Virus record (IMG/VR): IMGVR_UViG_3300025789_000006
Span: 1-53,156 of that record
Length of the DNA: 53,156 nucleotides
Source of the DNA: a virus
Taxonomy: Duplodnaviria; Caudoviricetes
Reading direction: 5' to 3' (one strand)
Part shown: positions 9,950 through 18,367 of the stretch, in pieces
Numbering within the stretch: position 1 is the stretch's first letter
How the letters are laid out: each line of letters opens with the position of its first letter
Made by a program: the position numbers and the translations under genes
Notes under the pieces: generated by a model
What the model saw: only the letters and a program-made list of their open reading frames with translations
What the model was told of the DNA's origin: nothing
The model's database searches: none

Positions 9950-10186
9950 TTACCACCCTTTGTGCTTAGGATTTTTGTGTTCTGCGGTGCTGATCTTTCC
10001 ACCCTTGGCATAACGACCTTTCAACAAAGCATGAATTGCTTTTGCTTCAGATGCGCCGACTTTTGGTTTTGAGCGATTGATTTCTTTGTCAACTGCCTCC
10101 TTGTTGTAAGAAGGTGCAGGTGCATCAATCAGCTTTTGTCTTTCTTTGGGCGACATATTGATTTTTGCCCATGGGTTGTATTCCAT
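9950..10186 (-). CDS. Small basic late protein with YAKGG motif
   Basis: Start MEYNPW after an AGGAG RBS. Confidence 0.65.
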   Translation of the reverse strand: MEYNPWAKINMSPKERQKLIDAPAPSYNKEAVDKEINRSKPKVGASEAKAIHALLKGRYAKGGKISTAEHKNPKHKGW

Positions 10187-10197
10187 AATTTTCTCCT

Positions 10198-10716
10198 TTA
10201 CCAACCGGGGCATTTCCAACGCTTGAGTGATGCTTTTGCCCGTTCAGCATCGCCTTTTGAATGTTCAACCACTCCCGACATTCTCGCGCAAAAACTGTCT
10301 TTACGCGAGCCGCCTTTGGGCTGTGGAGCTTTAAGGTGAGAACCCGTTTCGCGGTTGTACTTGGCGCGACCTTTTTCAGTCAATCCTGCGCCTTTTGATA
10401 CCGGCAATTTTTCTTTGCGACCAACAGAAAGAGAAGGGCCACCTTCTTTTTTCTTTACTGTCTTAGCAGACTGCTTGAAAGCATCTGCAGTGGGTGCTCC
10501 TTTGCTACCGGGCTTGCGCATCTTCTCGCCAGACCCATGGGCTATCCGCTCCTGTTTAGCATGGATGTTGGCATACAAACCGCCCTTAGCGAACTTCTTG
10601 CCTTCATCAGCCTTCACAAATTCTTTGCCAACTTTTTGAGGCACACCACCTACACCACCTTTGGTGTGAGCGGCGGCTTCCATCAGTCGGTGTTGTGCAG
10701 GTGATTTGCTAGGCAT
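10198..10716 (-). CDS. Basic modular late protein (three small modules joined by FAKGG/KKEGG)
   Basis: Start MPSKSPAQ at 10716; C-terminal module contains SFCARM...LKRWKC. Confidence 0.75.
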   Translation of the reverse strand: MPSKSPAQHRLMEAAAHTKGGVGGVPQKVGKEFVKADEGKKFAKGGLYANIHAKQERIAHGSGEKMRKPGSKGAPTADAFKQSAKTVKKKEGGPSLSVGRKEKLPVSKGAGLTEKGRAKYNRETGSHLKAPQPKGGSRKDSFCARMSGVVEHSKGDAERAKASLKRWKCPGW

Positions 10717-10718
10717 GA

Positions 10719-11498
10719 TCAGGTACCTACGCCAGTTGTTGTGTTGGCATTCTGAATCAACTTGCCAGTCACAATAATGCCTGCCGCAATAGTTCCAGAG
10801 CTTGCCGACAACTGCCACTGAATATCAGTTTTCTGAGCATAACCAAATGGATCAGCCACGCGACTTGCCGTGTAGATAGACACAAAAGGCTGTTGCAACA
10901 CATTACGAGCCACGCCAGACACATTGTCTGCGGCTTGAACCTTATAGGTCACAGTCACAGTACCGGTGTAAGGGTTTGATGTGTTGGCTTCCACCCAATC
11001 CAAGAAGAAGGTGTAGCCTGCAGGCACAGTGTAAACAGTACTTTGTGAACGACCAATGCCGGGGTTAATCTGAGCCAAAGTATTGGTACTTTGTTTCAGC
11101 GTAATTGTGCCCACATTGGTTGTTTGACTGCTTCCTGCGGATGCCAAAGTCAAATTATTGATGCGGAAATAGCTGTTGACAGTCGTCACAGCAGTTGTAC
11201 CGTTCAAAAACAGGGTTTCCGAAATCGGATTGAAGTTAGCGTCAAGACCGCTGATCAAAACCGATGCCGAAGTGTTGTCTGATGCAGAGCTACTCACCAT
11301 TGTCAGCGTCGATGCTGAAGTTGGGTATGTGTAAGTGCTTGCGTTTTCCCAAACTGGGATAGATGTTGTGCCAACAGATGCTTGATAGCCAAAAATGCTG
11401 ACGGTGCTATGACCCAAAATTTGACCACGGGCTACTTGCAGATCAAATGGTTCAGTTTGACCACCACGGGTGATCGATGAAACGATTCCATTACTCAT
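10719..11498 (-). CDS. Virion structural beta-rich protein
   Basis: 259 aa, Ser/Thr-rich, FDLQVARGQI N-terminus, located in the head-tail region. Confidence 0.65.
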   Translation of the reverse strand: MSNGIVSSITRGGQTEPFDLQVARGQILGHSTVSIFGYQASVGTTSIPVWENASTYTYPTSASTLTMVSSSASDNTSASVLISGLDANFNPISETLFLNGTTAVTTVNSYFRINNLTLASAGSSQTTNVGTITLKQSTNTLAQINPGIGRSQSTVYTVPAGYTFFLDWVEANTSNPYTGTVTVTYKVQAADNVSGVARNVLQQPFVSIYTASRVADPFGYAQKTDIQWQLSASSGTIAAGIIVTGKLIQNANTTTGVGT

Positions 11499-11510
11499 AA
11501 TATGTCCTTT

Positions 11511-11537
11511 TAAAAGTGAGGGGCCGAAGCCCCTCGC
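11511..11537 (-). terminator. Intrinsic terminator with UUCG tetraloop
   Basis: Minus strand GAGGGGC-TTCG-GCCCCTC followed by ACTTTTA, just after the 601-aa gene. Confidence 0.7.
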
Positions 11538-11549
11538 TTACTTCACACA

Positions 11550-13355
11550 TTAGCCTCTGCGCTTTTTCACAGGAGACATGGTCACAGATGTGATTGTCTT
11601 CGTGACGCTACCTTTTGGCGGCTTGCCTTCCAGAGGGCCCATCATTTTTGGCATATCGGACATGATTTTCTTGCCCAATCCACCCAACAATGCGGCTTTT
11701 CCACCTTTGGCATAGCCCTTGTGAACTTGGCTCATGGCTGTATCGTGGGCATCTTCAGCATCATCGGTGTGATAGTCGCCTTCCGTGAGGTGTTTGCCCT
11801 CAGGGTTAAAGAATTTCACGCGATGCTCGCCCCAGTCACGATCCTTGTACACCTTGGCTACATGGCCCTTAGGGCCGGTGTGGGTCTTAATCAAACGCAG
11901 ATTAGGTTTTTCTTGACCCCCATCTGCGTGGTGATGGACTTCGCCGCCCTTCTTAAAGGTTCCAGATTGCAAGCTGTTTGCCACAGGTTGGCTAACGAAA
12001 TGCTTGGGCATAGCCACAGGCTTGCCCATAGCATTCACATTACCCCCTGTGGCGTAGGCTTTTTTTGAGGCATGCCCTCCATGCTTATAGCCACCACCAT
12101 TAGCAAGCTTTACATCACCAGTTTTGGTGTTGGTTTTGCCTTTTGGAGTGGTGTCAGCAGGACGGTTTTCCCAATTGCCGCCTTCAACGGTGTCGCGTGT
12201 CTCGTACTTGTCGATTGCGCCGCCGTCAGCTTTGTGGTGCATCTTGTGATGAGCTTTGCCACCATGCTTGAAGCCACCTGCATTGCTCATGCGAACGCCG
12301 CCAGTGGCTTTGGAGCCGCTGAACTTGTCTGCAGTGTGCATGTCGGTGTCTTCGTAGTAGTGCTCATTGCCTTCAATGGTGCCACCCAAGCTGATCTTGC
12401 CGGAGTTCATGCTCTTCTTGGAGTCACTAGGGATAGTGTTTCCAGTAGAACCGCCTTCAGCAAAATGATGCTTTTTGTGAGCGTGACCGCCATGCTTATA
12501 GCCTGCGGCCTTACCCAACTTGACATCACCAGTCTTGCCACTGGTGTGATCGTGGTGCTCACCGTCGTGGATGTTGTTGACAAAGCGTTTTGCGTTGCCT
12601 TCAATGGTGGTTTTGGTTTCGTCGCGATCAATTTCGCCACCAGATGCATAGCTACCGCCCATGCACATCTTTTTGTGGTGAGCAAGCATGCGCTTGGCGT
12701 GAGCAGAACCGCCATCAGCCTTGCACATCTTTTCATAGTGCTTGCACATGGCTTTGTGGTGCTCATGAGAGCCCTCAGGATGACCAGAAGTCTTATGAAC
12801 TTTGCCACCGTGAGCGTGGTGAGCCATGCCACCATGCTTTTTGTGGTGAGCATGTGCCATGTCCAAAGCTTCGTGGTGGTGAAGTTCTTTTTCGAGCTTC
12901 TCGATCATCTTATGATCTGCAGAACCGCCCTTCTTCATGCCGCCAAGAGCTTTCTTGACCATCATGGCGCGAGCCATGCGTTGCTGAGGAGTCATTTGAC
13001 CCAAAGCCGCTTGACCCATAGGCTTCATGCCACCTGCAGGAGCACCCATTGCGCCGGGCATAGCACCGGGCATAGCGCCTCCCAAAGCCTTGTGAGCAAC
13101 TTTGCCACCCTTCTTGTACATCTGGGGGTTCATTGCCTTCACACGAGCCATCATGGAAGGCTTCTTGGGGGCCTTACCGGCCTCAGAAGCAAAAGCCTGA
13201 TGCATACCACCCATGGCATGGTGTTGCATAGCCTTGTGACCATGCTCAGAATGCTCTTTGTGGTGCTTGGCTTTGACTTTGCCACCTTTTTTGAGCTTCA
13301 AGGACACTGAAGGCTCATCGGTGTACATCTTCACCATTGGTTTGAATTCAGACAT
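11550..13355 (-). CDS. His/Lys/Gly-rich modular late protein (putative polyprotein)
   Basis: 601 aa, about 58 His, about 18-20 x-[AK]-x-G-G motifs and three internal repeats; GGAGG RBS. Confidence 0.85.
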   Translation of the reverse strand: MSEFKPMVKMYTDEPSVSLKLKKGGKVKAKHHKEHSEHGHKAMQHHAMGGMHQAFASEAGKAPKKPSMMARVKAMNPQMYKKGGKVAHKALGGAMPGAMPGAMGAPAGGMKPMGQAALGQMTPQQRMARAMMVKKALGGMKKGGSADHKMIEKLEKELHHHEALDMAHAHHKKHGGMAHHAHGGKVHKTSGHPEGSHEHHKAMCKHYEKMCKADGGSAHAKRMLAHHKKMCMGGSYASGGEIDRDETKTTIEGNAKRFVNNIHDGEHHDHTSGKTGDVKLGKAAGYKHGGHAHKKHHFAEGGSTGNTIPSDSKKSMNSGKISLGGTIEGNEHYYEDTDMHTADKFSGSKATGGVRMSNAGGFKHGGKAHHKMHHKADGGAIDKYETRDTVEGGNWENRPADTTPKGKTNTKTGDVKLANGGGYKHGGHASKKAYATGGNVNAMGKPVAMPKHFVSQPVANSLQSGTFKKGGEVHHHADGGQEKPNLRLIKTHTGPKGHVAKVYKDRDWGEHRVKFFNPEGKHLTEGDYHTDDAEDAHDTAMSQVHKGYAKGGKAALLGGLGKKIMSDMPKMMGPLEGKPPKGSVTKTITSVTMSPVKKRRG

Positions 13356-13367
13356 GACAGCCTCCTA

Positions 13368-14345
13368 TTAAGCTTGAGTCACGCCAAGAGCACCAGTGCG
13401 AGTTGCATTGGGGCCTGCGGCGATACCGGGCAGTGCGATGACAACCACCAAACGCTTGATGCCGTTGGTGGCGCTAGATGGGATGTAGGTGCCACGAACA
13501 TCACCGGTGATCGAAGTTGCAGGGTTGGTCATGTCAGCAACTGCAAGCGTACCTGCGTCGTTGGCAAGGGTATTGTTCCAACCTGCGCGAACAATGTAGC
13601 CTGCATCAAACACACGCAATGGCAAACCGAGTTTGTCGGTAGTACCAACAGTCACTGCGGCGCCAGAGCCACCACCTGCACCAACCACAGAAGCGATCTG
13701 ATAGAAAGCTTTGTTGCCGGGTGTAGTTGCGTTGGCAACTGTGGTGATTTGCTCAGTCATTGGTTGACCGTAGTAGTCATAGCCCGACACGGTGTAGGTG
13801 CGAGGTGTACCACCTGATGTCAAGAAGATGGAAACAGCGCGAGGCGTATCCAACTGAATGACAGTTGTACCGTCGGTGCGCACCACAGACTTGGCAGAAG
13901 TACCTGCAGTCAATGTCAATGCGCCTGCGGCGGCAGGAGTTTGCGAAGCGGCAATGTTTGCGGCTTGCAGAGTTTGAGGGATTACATCCCAGACATACTC
14001 ACGACCCAATGGGCCCACGCCAACTTCCATTGGAGATGGATCGCCAAGGCCAGAATTACCTGAGGCATAAATTGTGATTGAGCCAGTTGCAGACGAAGAT
14101 TGGCTCAAGGTATAAGTACCAGTGCCACCTGCGCCAGTCAAAAAGGCAGAAATGTAAGAATTGGCGGTGATACCAGTGCCGGAAACATATTGTCCCAGTA
14201 CCAAAGTGTCACCAGAGAGCATCGATGTCACAGTCATCGTGGTGCCAGTTACGGAACCAGTAATAACGGCTTCAGCGTTCGTGTTGTTTGTACCGATATA
14301 GCCTTGGGCAGTACCCAAGAACAAGTCATCACTAAATTGAGGCAT
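13368..14345 (-). CDS. Virion structural protein (capsid decoration-like)
   Basis: 325 aa, beta-rich, immediately downstream of the major capsid gene; AAGGAG RBS. Confidence 0.65.
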   Translation of the reverse strand: MPQFSDDLFLGTAQGYIGTNNTNAEAVITGSVTGTTMTVTSMLSGDTLVLGQYVSGTGITANSYISAFLTGAGGTGTYTLSQSSSATGSITIYASGNSGLGDPSPMEVGVGPLGREYVWDVIPQTLQAANIAASQTPAAAGALTLTAGTSAKSVVRTDGTTVIQLDTPRAVSIFLTSGGTPRTYTVSGYDYYGQPMTEQITTVANATTPGNKAFYQIASVVGAGGGSGAAVTVGTTDKLGLPLRVFDAGYIVRAGWNNTLANDAGTLAVADMTNPATSITGDVRGTYIPSSATNGIKRLVVVIALPGIAAGPNATRTGALGVTQA

Positions 14346-14380
14346 TTTTTTCTCCTTGTGGCTTGAACCACTCAGGTTTC

Positions 14381-14408
14381 AAAAAAGGGTGGGTTTTTAG
14401 GCCCACCC
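14381..14408 (-). terminator. Intrinsic terminator after the major capsid gene
   Basis: GGGTGGG/CCCACCC stem followed by a T6 tract on the minus strand. Confidence 0.7.
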
Positions 14409-14416
14409 CACATTTT

Positions 14417-15331
14417 TTACATACCGGGCGTACCGTATGCACAGCGTGGGTCAGTAAAGCCCACAGCGTAGCGCTCAGTAGCCTTGTAACGCATAGTGTC
14501 AGTTTCGAAGTCGCCTTCCATGGTTTTCTCCAAACGACGACGCATCAAGAGCTTGAAGCCCTCAGGAGCGTCGGTTTGAACCCACCATGCAGTAGCGGAA
14601 GTCAAACGAGACAGAACAGCGGCACCTTCGTCAAGCAAACCGATAGATTTGATTGGGTTGATGTCGTTGTTTGCGTTACCAGTACGCAGAACAGATTTCA
14701 ACAACACTTCAGCTTGGAAGATATTGCCGGGAGCCACGATCAATTGACGGGGCACCAAGCGAATACGCTTGCCGTTGTTGTCCACTGCTTGACGGATTTG
14801 AATCAACATCTGTTCGAGAGATGTTTGAGACAACACGGCGGCAGTAGCCAATTGGTTGCTGAAGGTACCGTTGACGATTGGGTGTGCAGTGTTGATCAAA
14901 GACACACCGTCGCCGCCGGGATAGGCGCTGTTGAAGGCCGTATTGAGAATGTTCGCAGACAACAATTCTTTGGTTTCCACCAAGGATTGTGCCAAGTGAC
15001 GAGCATAAACTTGACCGATACGGATGTGGTCGCCGTCTTCAACGAGAACCTTGGTCAAAGCGAAGGCCAAGCCATACACTTTGTAGAGGTAACGCTGTAA
15101 GAACAACACGCCACCTTGCTGATAGGTCACTGGAGTACCGTCAGGCAATTGTGGAGCGGCGCCGAATCCATACAGGACAGGCTCTTCGTGGTAGTTACGA
15201 GGAATACCATCTTCCTCACGGAAAACGCGTGACCATTCGTCAGCGCGTTGATCATAGACTCCGTCGAAACATTCGTTGAGAATTGGTTCAACAATCGAAC
15301 GGAAATCCGTACTTCGCATTGGTGCGGCCAT
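14417..15331 (-). CDS. Major capsid protein
   Basis: 304 aa downstream of scaffold and decoration genes, with GFGAAP, GGDGVSL and DFETDTMRYKATERY...DPR motifs. Strong RBS and a following terminator. Confidence 0.85.
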   Translation of the reverse strand: MAAPMRSTDFRSIVEPILNECFDGVYDQRADEWSRVFREEDGIPRNYHEEPVLYGFGAAPQLPDGTPVTYQQGGVLFLQRYLYKVYGLAFALTKVLVEDGDHIRIGQVYARHLAQSLVETKELLSANILNTAFNSAYPGGDGVSLINTAHPIVNGTFSNQLATAAVLSQTSLEQMLIQIRQAVDNNGKRIRLVPRQLIVAPGNIFQAEVLLKSVLRTGNANNDINPIKSIGLLDEGAAVLSRLTSATAWWVQTDAPEGFKLLMRRRLEKTMEGDFETDTMRYKATERYAVGFTDPRCAYGTPGM

Positions 15332-15344
15332 GATTTAGCTCCTT

Positions 15345-15944
15345 TTAAGCAATAGCAGTTACAGCACCGAAGAACTGTGACTGTGCGTTAACGACACGAA
15401 CGATGGTGTAGGCATCGCCCCACGCATTGTCCACATAGGGGGCCAAATCAACGACACGCATTTGACCTTGGACGGTATTACCGGCGGCAGTAGCAGAGCC
15501 CAAAGTGGCTTGCGACAGACCTGTGGTAGTAGAGCCTGCGGTCACATTGGTGAAGTTGTACTCGTTACCGATGGTAGTCTGAGCCATTGAGCCGTCAGCT
15601 TGGATTTCGTACACGATGTTTTGGTCGTTGTAGAAATAAGCAACGCAGGAACCGGTGGTGTACGCGGTGCTTGCAGGCCAATAGTTAGAGATACGACGGC
15701 GACCAGTTGTATCAGTCCACTCAACGCCTGCAAAGGCGCCAGACCAAGCCACGGCAGAGCCGGAAGCAGGGTTGGTTGTCAAGGGGATGATGACACCGGC
15801 TGATGCTGAATAAGCAACAGGTTGGCCTTTCAAAATGTTGTTTGAATAGCCAGAGGTAATTCCATTAGCAAGCGCTTGGGCGCGATCCAGACCAGAAGGG
15901 TGGAACGCAGGGCGCAAACCAAATGGAGCTGATGTACTAGACAT
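15345..15944 (-). CDS. Minor capsid / head decoration protein
   Basis: 199 aa with APFGLRP N-terminus, directly before the major capsid gene. Confidence 0.65.
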   Translation of the reverse strand: MSSTSAPFGLRPAFHPSGLDRAQALANGITSGYSNNILKGQPVAYSASAGVIIPLTTNPASGSAVAWSGAFAGVEWTDTTGRRRISNYWPASTAYTTGSCVAYFYNDQNIVYEIQADGSMAQTTIGNEYNFTNVTAGSTTTGLSQATLGSATAAGNTVQGQMRVVDLAPYVDNAWGDAYTIVRVVNAQSQFFGAVTAIA

Positions 15945-15961
15945 ATGTTTCTCCTAAGAAG

Positions 15962-16504
15962 TTAACCCGAAAAGACGGGCATTTTGTTTGGTTGCTGATC
16001 AAAAGAGCCCATACCTTCGCCTTCAACTTGTACCAATGGACGACCTGAGCTGTCACGCCCCTGCAGGCTTTCCATTTGAATCTTGACTTTCTCTGCTTCT
16101 TCACGAGGTTTGTCGTGATGCATGAGGGTCATGACCTCTTGGAAGAGCTCCATAGGAAGCTTGAACAGCAACATTTCGTTGCATGATATGTAGCCAACAT
16201 GCTCACCTGACTTCACTCGATAATCTTCATAACCGGGCAACTCTTCCGACTTAACGGGTACATAGCCGAGGCGAATTCGCTTATCAATGCTGTCATAGCT
16301 GTTGGTTGTTGAAAGCCAGCAAAGGTGCCACCCGTCCATTTCGGGTAACTTAGGCAATGCTGATTGCGTCCACTCCTCACTCCACATCTTTCGGCGTTCC
16401 TGTGTCGAAGCGAACTTTTCTTGAGGCGCTACGCGTCCTGCTTCCCCGTTTTCACGGTCTTGGCGTCCGTTAGCGTTCAAAGATTTTTTGAGTCTAGATT
16501 CCAT
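15962..16504 (-). CDS. Conserved head-region hypothetical protein
   Basis: 180 aa between scaffold and decoration genes; GGGG RBS. Confidence 0.7.
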   Translation of the reverse strand: MESRLKKSLNANGRQDRENGEAGRVAPQEKFASTQERRKMWSEEWTQSALPKLPEMDGWHLCWLSTTNSYDSIDKRIRLGYVPVKSEELPGYEDYRVKSGEHVGYISCNEMLLFKLPMELFQEVMTLMHHDKPREEAEKVKIQMESLQGRDSSGRPLVQVEGEGMGSFDQQPNKMPVFSG

Positions 16505-16521
16505 AATGTTTTCCCCTTAGA

Positions 16522-17487
16522 TTAGTTGTTACGGTTTGCGCGATCAAACGCAATAAAGTTTTTGATCATGCGAGCTTTTCGCTCAGGGTTGTCCCAAGCA
16601 CCCGCGTCCTTCATAGCTCTCACCCTTTCAGGTGAAAGTACAAATTGGGAGCGGTTAGAGCCCCCATATGCCGCTGATGCTTCTCGTCCTGAGCTAGTCA
16701 CAACATTCCTTGGTCGTCTGACATTACGATTTCCGTCGTCATTGTTTCCATTGTACCTATGAGGCAATTCTTTTTGCAAACGGCTATCAAATTCTTCCCA
16801 ATATTCGGGATCAGCCGGATTCCAACCTTGATTTGCCATGATCTCATCGACCTTTTTGGCAATCTTGCTGTCAGAGTCATTGTTGGCAGGGTTGTACCAA
16901 CGGTTCTTGTTCATCCAGTCCTTTGCAAGGCGCTGAACTTGTGGGTTTGCAGGGGGCGCGTCATTGGGTTGCTTCAAATTGCGCTCTGCTTGGTTCTTCA
17001 ACTGACGCAAATGCTTGACTTCCTCTTGAGCATTCATCATCAGCGTCTGAGCCGCCACCATAGCCTGTCCATCGCCGGCCTGTGTGGCCTCTGCGATCTT
17101 CATTTTGGCGTATTCAAGGCGCGTCATCGCGTCGTCAGCCGCTTTATCGATCTTGACGACCTGTTCGGCCTTGGTATTGCGCTCTAACTGGTTCAAGCGG
17201 CGCTTGAATTCCTCGTTTTCACGCTGTAATTGTTGAAGACGGACATCTTTTTCCTGATTTGTCTTGCGAATCAGGTCTTTTTTTGCCCGGCGACGGTTGC
17301 GTTTTGCGTCACGCACCTCTGCGCTGTCATTTGGGTTGTCTGCATCCGCGTCATTGGCCTCTTTTGCACGATCAAACCCGTTTTGTTCTTCAACAACTTC
17401 AGGTTCGAGCATTTTTTCAGGCACTTCGACGGTTGCAGAGCCGTCATTTAGCTCTTCAACTTCGATATTCTCTTTAGCTTCTGCCAT
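16522..17487 (-). CDS. Capsid scaffolding protein
   Basis: Acidic N-terminus and long coiled coil, positioned between portal and major capsid. Confidence 0.75.
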   Translation of the reverse strand: MAEAKENIEVEELNDGSATVEVPEKMLEPEVVEEQNGFDRAKEANDADADNPNDSAEVRDAKRNRRRAKKDLIRKTNQEKDVRLQQLQRENEEFKRRLNQLERNTKAEQVVKIDKAADDAMTRLEYAKMKIAEATQAGDGQAMVAAQTLMMNAQEEVKHLRQLKNQAERNLKQPNDAPPANPQVQRLAKDWMNKNRWYNPANNDSDSKIAKKVDEIMANQGWNPADPEYWEEFDSRLQKELPHRYNGNNDDGNRNVRRPRNVVTSSGREASAAYGGSNRSQFVLSPERVRAMKDAGAWDNPERKARMIKNFIAFDRANRNN

Positions 17488-17498
17488 GTTTTTTCTCC

Positions 17499-17960
17499 TT
17501 ACACATAGGCTTTGAACGAAAGCGGGTCATCAGTGACCTTAGCAATCAGTTCGTGGTCGTTAATCGTCATGAATAACACGGGTTCTTGAAACTCTTGGTC
17601 GGCTTCCGATGGGACATTGCGCTCCCAACGATCACCACCCCACTTTGGAACCCGTACAAAGTCACCAATCTCAGCCCATGAGCCCTCAGGCCATGGTTGC
17701 ATGGTGTCCCTGTTCTTGAAAGCAAGCGGCCCAATTGCCACGACCTTGCCGATCATGTTGTTCCACTTTTCGTTTTCTTTGGTTTCATCGACGATGATGA
17801 TGCGGCCTGCCTTCTTTTTGATTCGACGCAGTTGCACAATCACACGACCACCGTAAGGAGCTTGTCCTGCCGGTACATCAGGGAACGCCCATGCCATTTC
17901 TTCGGCGTTAGGCGCTCCTGATTGTCCCTCGATGGTAGGGATGTCTTTAATGTCACTCAT
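17499..17960 (-). CDS. GroES-like co-chaperonin
   Basis: PYGGRVIV, GKVVAIGP, EIGDFV and INDHELIA match the GroES fold. Start at MSDIK. Confidence 0.8.
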   Translation of the reverse strand: MSDIKDIPTIEGQSGAPNAEEMAWAFPDVPAGQAPYGGRVIVQLRRIKKKAGRIIIVDETKENEKWNNMIGKVVAIGPLAFKNRDTMQPWPEGSWAEIGDFVRVPKWGGDRWERNVPSEADQEFQEPVLFMTINDHELIAKVTDDPLSFKAYV

Positions 17961-18017
17961 TTTTAAATCTCCATCACCATATTTCAGGTGCATAAGCGCG
18001 CTTAATCAGCGCATTGG

Positions 18018-18197
18018 TTAAAGTTTGCCTTCTTCTTCTTCCAAGATGTTGTCAATAATGTCTAAGGTTGCTTGCAACCCTTGATGCTCACCGACTAATC
18101 GTTGGTACGACTCCCAATTGATTGGCGCCCCTACGGATAGAGCCACCTTCAACTCGTCTTGTCGTAATTTGATCCTATGGATCAGTTGCTCAATCAT
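18018..18197 (-). CDS. Small head-region protein (59 aa, not in ORF track)
   Basis: MIEQLIHRIK...WESYQRLVGEHQGL...; ATGA-coupled to the upstream ORF. Confidence 0.7.
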   Translation of the reverse strand: MIEQLIHRIKLRQDELKVALSVGAPINWESYQRLVGEHQGLQATLDIIDNILEEEEGKL

Positions 18198-18367
18198 TTA
18201 TTCTTTTTGGTCACAGCATGTGCCAGACCGCCAGATTTTTTACCTTCAGAGGAAGATTGACTTCCACCCTTAGGTTGCATTGAAGTGCCGTCAAGTTTTT
18301 CGCCTTGAGCGATACGCTTGTGTTGCGGCACATCAATGGTTCTCTGTTCGTAATCAGATGTTGCCAT
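18194..18367 (-). CDS. Small basic protein (57 aa, not in ORF track)
   Basis: MATSDYEQRTIDVPQHKRIAQGE...KKSGGLAH...; AAGGAG RBS inside the end of the portal gene. Confidence 0.65.
   Translation of the reverse strand: MATSDYEQRTIDVPQHKRIAQGEKLDGTSMQPKGGSQSSSEGKKSGGLAHAVTKKNK

Noticed and set aside
12072-13310. 412-aa plus-strand hydrophobic ORF
   Set aside because: Antisense shadow of the His/Lys-rich gene.
17989-18015. CIRCE heat-shock operator before the GroES-like gene
   Set aside because: Only a short GCGC-N7-GCGC dyad, which does not match TTAGCACTC-N9-GAGTGCTAA.
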